A program made the translations under genes and the position numbers. Shown piece after piece: positions 13,434-24,760 of a stretch of DNA of 64,000 nucleotides. The DNA is from Okamejei kenojei (Eukaryota). Location of the stretch: NCBI GenBank assembly GCA_035221665.1, contig CM069142.1, positions 27,404,001 to 27,468,000 on the forward strand, written 5' to 3'. How positions within the stretch are numbered: position 1 is the stretch's first letter; the number at the start of each line of letters is the position of its first letter. Under the pieces are notes generated by a model. That model was not told where the DNA came from. It did not search any database and saw nothing but the letters and a program-made list of their open reading frames with translations.

Positions 13434-13915
13434 AGTTAGTTTGTTAGTTTAGTTTATTGGCACGTTTACTGAGGTACAGTGTGTTGCGTGCTATCTAGTC
13501 AGTGGGAAGACTATACATGATTACCATCGAGCTGTACACAATGTACAGATACAGGATTAAGGGAATAACATTTAGTGCAAGATAAAGTCGAGTAGAGTCC
13601 GATTAAAGATAATATGTAGACCTCCAATGATATAGATGGCTGCTCAGGACCATTCCCTAGACGTGATAGGATGGTTCAGTTGCTTGATAACAGCTACGAA
13701 GAAACTGTCCCTGAATCTGGAGGTGTGCGTTTTCACACTTCTACACCTCTTGCCTGATATGAGAGGGATGAAGAGGGAGTTACTTGGGTGCAACTGGTCC
13801 TTGATTATGTGTGCGGCCTTGCTGAGTTAGTGTGAGGTGTAGATGGAGTCAATGGAAGTGAGGTTGCTTTGTGTGATGTTCTGGACTGTGTCCACAATTC
13901 TCTGTAATTTCATGA
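13434..13915 (-). mobile_element. Rex/Babar-type LINE 3' fragment (related pieces at 3755-4062 +, 60525-60765 -)
   Basis: It shows similarity to the 30980-31300 C-terminus (CTGAATCTGGAGGTGTGCGTTTTCACACTTCTACACCTCTTGCCTGAT) and has a (CTAAA)n-type tail. Confidence 0.7.
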
Positions 13916-14528
13916 CGTCTCTTGAAGGTTCTCACTAGAAATCCCTTTAAAATAAATATTTATCTCAGAGACACAAGGACCTGCAAATGCTGGAATCTTG
14001 AGTACAAACAAAGTGTTGGAGAAACTCAGAGGGACAGATACTCTATTAACCTGTGACCCGTTGAGTTACTCTGATATTAATCCCAATTTGACATCACAAT
14101 GAGATTGCAGCTTCTGAATGTATGAAATATATTCCCATATATGTATTGTAAATTCTCCTACTATCTATCACACAAGGAACAAACAAGAAAATCCAATAAT
14201 TCCAGGCATGTCTGCCCTTCTTCAGCATCTGCTTTGAAGAACTGATCTTTATTTCATCTTTAGTTCTGTCCTTAAAACTCTCCTTTTAACAAGAGCAGCC
14301 AAGTAATTTTCCAATTTTCAATGCACATTGGGGTGAATTAGATATAAGGAGAAACAAATCGGTTTTGATCAGTTGACTGCCTGCTCTTTTGTTTTCAAAC
14401 TACAAAGTAATTTTGACAGTGGGAATCTTTATTGACAGACAGTGCAAAGCCAAGTGTGAAAATCCAAACACACTTTCTGCAAAATGAAAGAGGCAGCAAT
14501 CAAGGCATCAGCAGGTTTCACGCATTAC

Positions 14529-14552
14529 CATGTCTCACAGAGCCCGACCCAT
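14529..14552 (-). CDS. Candidate 24-bp cytoplasmic micro-exon (DGSGSVRH)
   Basis: The acceptor is TCTTTTGTCTTTTTTTAAAAACCAG| and the donor ATG|GTAATG. It is phase 1-1, in frame, and lies in non-repetitive sequence. Confidence 0.5.
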
Positions 14553-17009
14553 CTGGTTTTTAAAAAAAGACAAAAGATAGCTCTTTGCATTTCATTGTAA
14601 ACGAGGCAGTGTTACCAGGCTGTTTATATTCAGCAGAACAAACTACTTTTATTTTCTATAGACAATAGCGGCAACTGGTGCTCCGACATCTCCTTTAATC
14701 TGGGCAAAATTACGAGAGCACACTTGAAATCCTCCCCTCCCCCCCGGAAACCCCTCCGAAAATGTAGTGCCTTGGCCGGGTAAGGCGGCCGATATCGACC
14801 TCATCGGGACTTCTGTGACCGATTGGTGGGTTGAATGTGCCCCTACGGCCGAGGTTCTGAAGATCCTGGCTCGGCCGGAGCCAGCAGATCCGTTCCCTTA
14901 GCCAACCTCTGAGGCTGACTTTGTAGGCCGGTATTTTGGCTCCCTGGCACCATAGGTGGACAGTCCCGGCACCATTTCATTCCTCTGTTTGGTCCGGCTA
15001 ATCCAGAAAGACTCTGGAACCAATAGTGCCGGACCTATAGTTCAAGGAAGACGTTGAAGAAGGAGAGGTGTTGTTTTCCGCACTTCCTAAATGTTGTTAT
15101 ACCCATTGTGAGGACACAAGGAAATGCAGATGCCCGAAATCTTGAGCAAACCACTGTTCTTAATGTTTATAATTTACTTATTTAGTTAGAACGATGTAAA
15201 GGTAATTTTTGGAAGCACATTAATGCCAAACTGATTTTTCTTCAAATGCGGCATCTTGAAGTTTCTTCCTAGCTGTTATAAGGCAACTGAACCATCCCAA
15301 CAACTGAGATATTGTTTTGGGTTGCTGCCTGACAGCCTTACAGCGCCAGGGACCCGGGTTCGATCTTGACTAGGGATACTGTCATTATAGAGTTTGTACG
15401 TTCTGCCCATGACCTGCGTGGGTTTTCTCCATGTGCTCTAGCTTCCTCCCACACTCCAAAGACGTAGAGGTTTGTAGGCGAATTGGCTTGGTAAAATTGC
15501 AAATTGTCCCTAATGTGTGTAGGATACTGTTAGTGCGCAGGGATCATAGGTCAGCGTGGACATAGTGGGCCGAAGAGCCTGTTTCTGTACTGCATCGCTA
15601 AACTAAACTAAACTACACTGAACCATCCTATCAACAACTAGAAAGTGTTCCTGAGATGCTATCTACATTATTTGAAACCCTCGGACTATCTTTAATCGGA
15701 ATTTACTGGACTTTCTCTTGCACTTCATGAGTAAGAAGGAACTGCAGATGCTGGTTTACATCGCAGATAGACACAAATTGCTGGAGTAAATCAACAGAAC
15801 AGACAGCATCTCTGGAGAGAAGGAATGGGTGATGTTTCTACATGTTTCGAGATCCTTCTTCAAACATCAGACTTCTTCCCTTTATCATGTACCTGTATAC
15901 TGTGGATGGCTCAATTGTAATAATGTCTAGTCTTTCTGCAGATGGTTAGCATGCAACAAAAGCTTTTTACTGTACCATGGTACACGTGACGATAAACTAA
16001 ACTAACAAACTAACTAAATTGAATTACCAGGAGGATTGCTGAGGAAAAAGCAGTAGACATTGTCTATGTGGATTTTAGCAGAGCCTACCAGAGATTTTAG
16101 CTGACCAATGATCAACCATACACGAGTTCTATCCTACACCATAGGGACAATGTACAGAAGCCAATTAACCTAACCTGTATGTCTGTGGGATGTGGGAGGA
16201 AACCAGAACGCCCATAGAAAACCCAAGTGGTCCCAGGAAGTACGTACAAATTCCGTACAGACAGCAACCGTGTCAGGATCGAACCCAGGTCTCTGGCGCT
16301 GTAAGGCTGCTACTCTACTGCTGCACTACTGTGCCACCCTTGTGCCACTGTGCCACCCTTTGGTTGGGTATTTTTTCCCTTGGAACATAGAAGGCTGAGG
16401 GGTGATCTTACAGAGGTTTTCAAAATCATGAGGGGCATTGATAAGGTCATTGTCTTTTACCCAGAGTAGAGGAATCAAAAACTAGATGAGAAAGGAAAGA
16501 TTTAAGGGGACCTGGGGGGGCGGGGGGGGGGGGGGGTGCAACTGTTTCACACAAAGGGCGATGGGTATTTGGTACAAGCTGCTGGAGGAAGTGGTAACGG
16601 TGGGAACAATTACCTCATTTAAAAGACAGTTGGACATGTATACAGATAGAATGGTTTTGGAGGGATACTGGACAAACGCAGACAGATGCGACAAACTCTG
16701 GTGCACGGTTTAGTTGGCATTGACCACGTTGGGCCAATGAGCTTGTTTCCATGCTGTTTAACTGACCATACAATGCTCTACATTTACCAAACATCTGAAT
16801 TTATATTTGTATTAATGAAGCATGATATGCATTGATTCAAGGTTTATCATCTGAAATGTAACTGGGATTAAAATATTAGTCAATAAGGAATAGTGGGGGC
16901 TTGCAAATGCAATTCACAGCAAACTAGCACTAGAGGCCTTGACACAGCTGGAAGCACACAGCCAAATGTTATATTGTACCACAAAGAGATGAGATTCACT
17001 TTGAAGAGT

Positions 17010-17970
17010 GCAGCACAGGGACAGGTTATTTGGCTCACGATACCTGTGCTGAACATTACGCCAAATTAAACTAATCCCTTCTGCCTGCACATGATCCATA
17101 TCCCTCCTCCCCTTCATATTCATGTGCCTACCTAAAAATGTCTTAAATGCCTATTATTCTGCTTCCACCACCAATTTTGGCAACACATTCCCGGCATTAC
17201 CACTTGCTGTGGGCCGCACTGCAATCTTGGCTCTATTAATTTAATCTGCCATTTCTCCACCCATGTCTGCAACTGATCTAGATTCAGTTGTATCCTTTGA
17301 CAGCCTTCTTCACTGTCTATTTTTGAATCACCTGCAGATTTGCTAAACAGCCCATCTACATTTTTGTCCAAGTCTCACACACACACACACAAGCATACAC
17401 TTAGACAGATAGACAGACAGACAGATAGCACAAACAACAGAGGTCCCAAAGTCCCAGCACTGATCCCTGCAGAACACATAGGTCACACAGTCAGAATAAT
17501 ACTCTTCCAATTCTAATCTCTGTCATTTATGAGTAAGCCAGTTCTGAAAACAAACTACCAAGTCATTGTGCACCATGCATCTTAATCGTCAAGATCAACC
17601 TTCCAAGAGGGACCTTGTCAAATGGAGATAACATGCACAGCCCTACCCTCAACAATCACCTACTTCAACCCTACAAAAAACTCAATCAAACATGCAAGAC
17701 ATGTCCTGTCTTACACACAGGCATGCTGCATGTCCCTAATTTGCCCATTCTCTTCTAAATGCATGTTAATCCTATCCCTAAGAATCTTCTCCAATAACTT
17801 CCCTTCCATTGTTGTGAGACTCTCCTATAATTTTCTGCATTATCTCAATTTCCCTCTCAAACAAAATGACACTTTGTTTTTTTTCTCCAGCCCTCCATAA
17901 CCTTGCTTGGCTAGAGAAGATACAAAGACCTTCACCAAGGCCCTAACAATCTACACTCTTGCCATCTTGC
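17010..17970 (-). mobile_element. Old, degraded CR1 fragments
   Basis: There are RT-like remnants (QRIQLNLDQLQTWVEKWQ) and a CR1-like 3' UTR. A CA/GACA microsatellite lies at 17375-17428. Confidence 0.7.
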
Positions 17971-17974
17971 CAAA

Positions 17975-18375
17975 AGACAATAGACAATAGGTGCAGGAGT
18001 AGGCCATTCGGCCCTTCATGGCTGATCATCCATAATCAGTATCCCGTTCCTGCCTTCTCCCCATATCCCCTGACTCCGCTATCTTCAAGAGCCCTATCTA
18101 GCTCTCTCTTGAAAGCATCCAGAGAACCTGCCTCCACCGCCCTCTGAGGCAGAGAATTCCACAGACTCACAACTCACTGTGTGAAAAAGTGTTTCCTCAT
18201 CTTCGTTCAAAATGCCTCACCCCTTATTCTTAAACTGTGGCCCCTAGTTCTGGACTCCCCCAACATCAGGAACATGTTTCCTGCCTCTAGCGTGTCCAAA
18301 CCATTAATAATCTTATGTGTTTCAATAAGATCCCCTCTCATCCTAAATTCCAGAGGATACAAGCCCAGCTGCTGC
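17975..18375 (-). mobile_element. CR1 3' fragment
   Basis: It starts AGACAATAGACAATAGGTGCAGGAGTAGGCC and contains a GDLIETHKI...RTRGHSLRI remnant. Confidence 0.9.
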
Positions 18376-18840
18376 CTTGGGGATTTATCCATCTTTTTGC
18401 ATTTTAAGAGACCTAACACCATCTACAACTTGATCTTCAAATTCCCTAACATATTGGTATATCCCACACTGATCTCAGTATCCTCCATGTCCTTTTCCTT
18501 GAGGAAATGTAATTTTCCAATTTAAGGGGTAGATAAAAGCTATGCATAATGCCATATGGCAATTTCCCTACTTTTTAGACCAGTCTGAAGAAGGGTCTCG
18601 ACCCGAAACGTCGCCTATCTCCTTCGCTCCTTAGATGCTGCTGCACCCGCTGAGTTTCTCCAGCATTTTGTGTAACCCTCGATTCTCCAGCATCTGCAGT
18701 TTCTTCGTTAACAAGCAAGTCTCCTTGTTTGTTACATGTTATTGGAGTTGTTTGCATTGTGAAATAATAATGTCCGTTCGGAAATTAAATTTAGAGGAAG
18801 TTAAGCAGAAAGGAAATGTTTGCAGTCACGTAGGACTCAC

Positions 18841-18909
18841 CTGAAGACTTTCTCTTCAACTTCCATATAATCAACACAGCAACAATAATTGCTATGGCAC
18901 CAATTGAAA
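18841..18909 (-). CDS. Transmembrane exon of the IgV receptor (VSIGAIAIIVAVLIIWKLKRKSS)
   Basis: The acceptor is CTTCTTATTATTTCAACAG| and the donor CAG|GTGAGT, giving 69 bp, phase 1-1. Joined to the previous exon it gives a 22-aa hydrophobic helix, ILMYLAVSIGAIAIIVAVLIIW, followed by the basic stop-transfer sequence KLKRK. Confidence 0.85.
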
Positions 18910-19467
18910 CTGTTGAAATAATAAGAAGCACCAATTGCTGTAAAATTATGCTGCAGTTCCCTATTTACACAGCCCTTGTGTGCTTTCATTTGCACTGTTG
19001 CAATGTGATACATTTTGTTATTGACAATCCTACCGCGAGTCCAATTGCTGTTGAGCTTCCAGTTTTATATCAACATTAAGAGCATTAAAGGCACCGCAAA
19101 TTAGCTGCTCAAATTATTTGGGTTAAAAGCCACAGCCGCCCAAAAGTAGTTGATAATGCATTCATGATATTTCAAGTGAAATCAAATTGATTGTACAGAA
19201 GTCATTGAAGCATAAAAGCTTAAAGGGCAAGATAAATTAATAGTGTATAACCATTAGGACAACATAATAGAAATAAATAACATAAGTTTAGTATAACTGG
19301 ATTTGAAAAGCTATGTAGTAACTTGTTTTTGCATAACTAGCATAACCTGTACAAGTTTTACAGATTCTTTGTAATATTCTACCAACATTAAATTAATAGT
19401 AATTCAAGATTATAAATTAATACTGAAATTGTGAGGATAGTGGACAGAGTTTTGTTTTCATTCTCAC

Positions 19468-19524
19468 CTGCAAGGTACATTAAGATATTTCTCTTAAGAC
19501 GGTGCTTTGTAGTAATGTCATAGC
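19468..19524 (-). CDS. Stalk exon of the IgV receptor (GYDITTKHRLKRNILMYLA)
   Basis: The acceptor is TTTTTTGTTATTAACAG| and the donor CAG|GTGAGA. The exon is 57 bp, phase 1-1, open, and supplies the start of the TM helix. Confidence 0.8.
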
Positions 19525-20375
19525 CTGTTAATAACAAAAAAGGTTTACAAATGCATGTTCAAATTATTCACTGAATTATATTATTATTGATCAACTTCTA
19601 ATATCTGATCCAATGAATTAATCACCTCAAAAACATGTTGTGGAACAAGAAATGGAATGGACCTTGGGGCTGCTGAGGCCTATTCTTTCACCCATCAAGG
19701 TCATGGCTGAAGATAGACACAAAATGCTGGTGTATTTCAGCAGGTGAGGCAGCTTTTGTGGAGTAAGAAACAATTAACATTTCATCAGTTTTACCTAAGG
19801 GCCATCAACATGAAACATTAAGTCAGAAAGTTTTTCAGTCTGAAACATTAATATTGTTCCTCCATCCACAGATGCTGCTTAACTTGTTGAGAATTTCAAG
19901 CACTTTTTGTTTATATTTCAGATTTCCAGCCATACCAACGTGCTCCACCTACACTAGTCCCACCTGCCTGCAATGTGCATTTGGCCCACATCCTTCAAAA
20001 CCTCTCCTATCTATGTACCTGTCCGAATGTGTTTTACATGTTGTGATAGTACACAACAACCTCCTCAACTGTCTACTCTGGCAGCTAGTTCCATATAACT
20101 TCCAACTTTTGTATAAAAAAGGTATGGAACTTTTATAAACACTCTTAACGTGATCCATATTAATTGGCAGATGAGAGTATTTAAGAAAAATCTTTCAGCA
20201 AATTGGGATTTCTAATCATTATAAAAATGTATCAATTTGAGATTTATCTGAGCTTTCTGGAATAGCCCTTCATAAATGTATCCATTCACCATTTTGAAAA
20301 CCTCCATTTAAATATTGCTTAATTTTACATCATTCAAAGCAGTTTATAAATTTGGCATATTTTGTAAAACATTAC

Positions 20376-20705
20376 CATTTACATCCAAGTGTACTTTGCC
20401 CTCTATTTTGCCGTCTGGAAAGGTATGAAATATGCAGGTGTACTCGCCGCTGTCTGCTGGCTGAACTCCTGTGATTGTGATCATGGATCGATGTCCATTA
20501 ACTTCCAGTTTTATTCGTTCATTGTGGAGAGTTGTTGCGTTTGTGGCCACGTGGAACACTACGAGTCTTGTTCTGTTTTCAGTCTTCTCCCATTCAACTA
20601 ATACCAGTTTGAGATCTTTGTTTGAAGAGGCACAATGTAATGCTGCTGAACTGCCTTTCACAGCAGTTACAGACTCACTACTTTCAAGCTCTTTTGTTTG
20701 AATAC
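20376..20705 (-). CDS. IgV-domain exon of a TIGIT/CD226/nectin(PVR)-family receptor
   Basis: The acceptor is TTTCTTTACTCCCCCAG| and the donor AATG|GTAAT, giving a 330-bp phase 1-1 exon. It translates to (G)IQTKELESSESVTAVKGSSAALHCASSNKDLKLVLVEWEK...GVQPADSGEYTCIFHTFPDGKIEGKVHLDVN. B-strand Cys, C-strand Trp, the DxGxYxC motif and the T(F/Y)PxG motif are present. Confidence 0.93.
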
Positions 20706-21497
20706 CTGGGGGAGTAAAGAAAAATGTGTCATTAAACTTTTTAGTTTTGTTTCATTCTGAGATACAGCGTGGAAACAGTATTTTCAGCTCACCGAGTCCA
20801 CGCCAACCATGATCACCTGTTAGTTCTATCCTATGCACTAGGGATAATTAACCAAAGCCAATTAACCTACAAACCTGTACGCCTTTGGAATGTGGGAGGA
20901 AACCGGAACACCCGGAGAGTCACAGGGAGAATGTACAAACTCTGTATAGATAGCACCCATAATCAGGATTGAACCAGGTTCACTGGCATTGTAAGGCAGC
21001 AACTCTACTGCTGCACCACTATGCAATCCCTTATTCTGTGGATAACAGTCGGGTCCGGTTGAAAATCTACTTAACTAGGAACCCAGCAATATTGGACTCA
21101 TTTCAGAGCCAAGTACCGGTGAAGGAATTAAACTTTTTGTCGTTTTGGTATGGTTTTCAATTGGCCCAATCATTTTTTTAAATGGTATAACACTCCCCAA
21201 GATACCATCAACTGGTGCAATGCCTGCAATCCTCTGCATGTTGTTTTCAGCCTCACTAGCCTGAAAGATAATAGTAAGATTAAACGAGAACTTACCAGTT
21301 CGAAGTTTGATCGTTATTTTATGAGGAGTAACAATGAGGGATTACGTGAAGAAGCCCCGCCTGGCACTAGAACGGCATACTTCAAAGCAGCGGCATGAAA
21401 AACACAGAACACAATAGCCGGAGTAAGATAGTAAGGCTCATCATAGATTTAGAACTACAAGATGATCATTTATTTTATGAGGGTGGGGAGTGGAGGG

Positions 21498-21610
21498 CAC
21501 GTAATCCCTCATCGTTACTCCTCATAAAATAACAATCAAATTTCGAACTGGTAAGTTCTCGTTTAATCTTACTATTTTACTTCGGAGTCACGTGAGTGAC
21601 TACGTGAAGA
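21498..21610. repeat. DIRS internal complementary region (ICR)
   Basis: 21498-21576 is the reverse complement of terminus 21270-21348, and 21571-21610 is the reverse complement of terminus 26180-26219. The two halves overlap at ACTATT. Confidence 0.95.
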
Positions 21611-21855
21611 TTTTGAAGCTTCTGTGTTTTTCATGTCGTAGAGTCATTCCATACGACAGTCCGGCTAGGTCAACACATACATGAGTAAATAAACTTTTAC
21701 CAGATCAGTTTTAGTTCTTTTCATAAATCTTTTAATGATAAAAGAACATATAATAACCCCCTTTTTTACATTTTGGGAAACCATTACAAAGTGATAAAAG
21801 ATATGAGTGATAACATAATCGATAATATCAATCAATAGTGAAACAAAGCAGGTGA

Positions 21856-22827
21856 TTATAGTGAACCCAACACCGCGTGTCCAAAGCCTGTCATTGTGTG
21901 AACAGGTTTATTGTAGAACTTTGAAAAAGTTTCTTCTTTACACCACCCTGCGGTTTCTAAAATGTGTTCGAGTGGTACGTCCTGTAACTTCGCCGCGGGC
22001 GTAGCTGCTGCCCTGGTGGAGTGAGATTTGAACACATCAGTGTCTACTCCTGCTAAAAGTAACACCTGTTTTAACCACCTTGAAATTGTTTGTACCGAAG
22101 CTTTTGTGTGTGGTTTCTTATGCGTAATCATTAATGCTTTTTCATCACCACAAAGAGTTTTGGTAACTTTTATATATTGATTCAAATGTATAACTACACA
22201 CAACGTTGGATCAATAGGGTAAGCTTGAAACATTACCTTTGCTCCAGTTCTCCCTGGTCTGCTTTGTTTGATCAGATTGTAAACATAAAACACAATGTTA
22301 TCTACAGCCACATGCATACAGTCTAAACGTAGCATTTGTAATGTTTGCACCCTTTGTGCTGAAACCAATGCCATTAACATTACTAATTTAAATGTTAACT
22401 TTTCCAATGATAAAACTTCGATTGGAGTCCATTGCCTAAGTAAAGTAAGTACAATGCTGACATCCCAAATTTCTGTATATCTTGGTTTGGGTGGATTTTT
22501 GTTAAAGATTCCTTTCATAAATTTGGATATTAATGGATGTGATCCAATTGATTTTTGGTCAGAAATTTGTCCTAAATAGGATGATAAAGCACTAAGTGCA
22601 CTATTAATGGCACTATAATTTAAGTGCTGTTCAAAATGTAACTCGGCAAGGAACTCCAATATGTTTGAAATGTTCACAGTATGATAATATATATATGATT
22701 GTCTACAAAAAATTTCCCATTTCTTTATATGTGTCATATATTGTCTCTGAGTGCTATCTCGCCATGATGCGACTATAACATCCATAGTTCTATCCGACAA
22801 TCCAAGCTCTTGTAGTGGTCTGGTCAA
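21856..22827 (-). CDS. DIRS tyrosine recombinase (uninterrupted, 323 aa)
   Basis: The N-terminal binding region is followed by catalytic motifs AQRVQTL (R), KQSRPG (K), KSHSTR (HxxR), AGW and FSKFY (Y). Confidence 0.93.
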   Translation of the reverse strand: MTRPLQELGLSDRTMDVIVASWRDSTQRQYMTHIKKWEIFCRQSYIYYHTVNISNILEFLAELHFEQHLNYSAINSALSALSSYLGQISDQKSIGSHPLISKFMKGIFNKNPPKPRYTEIWDVSIVLTLLRQWTPIEVLSLEKLTFKLVMLMALVSAQRVQTLQMLRLDCMHVAVDNIVFYVYNLIKQSRPGRTGAKVMFQAYPIDPTLCVVIHLNQYIKVTKTLCGDEKALMITHKKPHTKASVQTISRWLKQVLLLAGVDTDVFKSHSTRAAATPAAKLQDVPLEHILETAGWCKEETFSKFYNKPVHTMTGFGHAVLGSL

Positions 22828-23609
22828 AACCTGCAGATTAACAAATTCATATAAGCATGTAACGGATAAATTTCTTTGGTTACCGGTTTTATTAACAAAT
22901 CTCTGCTGCTAGGAATTGACATATATGGCTCTTTAATCATGTTTAACATCAATGGGAACCATGATTGTGTCGGCCAATTTGGAATCACCAATAATCCTGT
23001 GGCAGAATCTTGTTCTATTTTCTTCAGACATTGCTGAACCAGAGCAAATGGCGGGAAAGCATAAAATAACATATTCCCCCAATGTAGTGAAAAAGCATCT
23101 ACTGCTACTGCATCTGGATCTGGTTCCCAAGACACATACTTAGGCAATTGATGATTTAATCTTGATGCAAACAGATCAATGTCTGGTAACCCATATTGAA
23201 TCACAATTTTACTGAAAATTACTGGGTTCAACATCCATTCTGTGTTGTCTTTAAACACCCTTGATCTATTGTCTGCCACCACATTGTCTTTACCTGGGAT
23301 ATAATTTGCCGAAATCCAAATTTGGTGCTTAATACACCACTGCCATATCTGATTGACCAGACAATCACATGATACCGATCTGACTCCACCCATGTGATTA
23401 ATATATGCAACAGCTGTTTTATTGTCTAATTGTATCAGTACATGCAGATTCTTTTTTGTAGAACAATAGGCTTTTAATCCATAAAACACCCCCAATGACT
23501 CTAAATAGTTAATACCATATGTTTGGAGAAACATTTCTTCTTGGACAGTCCATCTGCCCCCACAACTGGTAAATGTATCTGTCGCCCCCCCATCCGAGAG
23601 CACTAGCAT
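22824..23609 (-). pseudogene. DIRS pol C-terminal part: RNase H plus N6-adenine methyltransferase-like domain
   Basis: RNase H motifs are INYLE, DNKTAVAYINHMGG and IPGKDNVVADNRSR. MT-like motifs are DIDLFAS, YAFPPF and IPNWPTQSWF. This part is frameshifted from RT at the C7 run 23585-23591. Confidence 0.9.
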
Positions 23610-24760
23610 CTGTTTGTAAAAATACTTCAGGCTGTTGTATTAAAATGTTTTTAGCAGCTTGTGGGACATTTTCAATCCACCATTGCAATTCCAATAAAGC
23701 TTCTTTTGTTAATTGCATAGGCCTATCAAAATGGCCTGCTCGCTTTTTTAGAGCTCTTATTTTGTCCCTTTGAAGGTTTTGGTAATGTAATGGACCAAAT
23801 TCTACTGCAGGAAATGCTGCTACTAGTTTACCAATAACCTTTGCTACTTCCCGGATGGAGGGATAAAGTTTGTGAATGAGACCCCTACAGACCATTAAAA
23901 TATCATCAATCTTATCTGTTGGCAAAGTTACTAACATAGTAACTGAGTTAATCACAAACCCCAAATAGTTAATTGACTGTGCTGGCTGCAGCTGGGACTT
24001 AATTGGATGAATCAAGAAACCTAACTTCTCAAATAAAGTCTTAGTTGCTGAAACTGATTTTCCAGCTGATTCCTGATTACTACTGATAATTAAAATGTCA
24101 TCCAGATAAGCCATAATGATGTGCTTTTGTGCTCTTAATTGTGCTTAAGCTGGTTTCAACAGCTTTGTGAAGAGCCTGGGAGCTGAACTTAACCCATTTG
24201 GTAAAGCTTTAAATTGCCACAGCTGTCCCAGCCAATTAAATTTTAAATACCTTAGAAAAAAATGATGTATTGGTACTGAATAGTACACATCTTTTAAATC
24301 AATTGTAGCCATATAACAACCTGCTAATATCAAATGTCTTGTAGTGTTGAACGTTTCCATCTTAAAATGTTTATACTCGACAAATGTATTAAAGATTGTA
24401 AGGTCCAGAATAATTCTGCAACCACCATCTTTTTTACTTCTTGGAAAGATATTTGACACAAATTGATGTTTATGTTCAATAGTTTTTTCAATAACACCTT
24501 TTTTAAACAATTTGTCAATTTCCACATTAATTTCTGCTTCTACAATAGCAGAAAACATGAAACCATAAGCAGGTTTATTTTGTACCGGAGAATTAACACC
24601 TTCTTTAAATGTTATAGTAGCTCCTGAAACTGTTTGTAAAATAAACCGATCAGATGTGATGGCAAGCCATTCATCATAAAACATTTGTAATCTCCCTCCA
24701 ACTGGAGATTTGTCCACAGTTTCTTTAAGAATAGAATATTTTTTTTGTACCTCTCCATAT
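23509..24760 (-). pseudogene. DIRS reverse transcriptase with one in-frame stop
   Basis: Motifs are PVGGRL, KKDGGCRIILDL, IDLKDVYYSVP, ALPNGLSSAPRLFTK, YLDD and YLGF. A TAA at 24145-24147 interrupts an otherwise continuous frame. Confidence 0.92.

Noticed and set aside
14660-15040. GC-rich CCGG-rich segment, possible DNA-transposon remnant or CpG island
   Set aside because: No TIR pair or TSD could be defined and the family was not recognised.
18841-18960. Longer 120-bp version of the TM exon (acceptor at 18961)
   Set aside because: It has no polypyrimidine tract. The acceptor at 18910 is better and yields a clean TM with the stalk exon.
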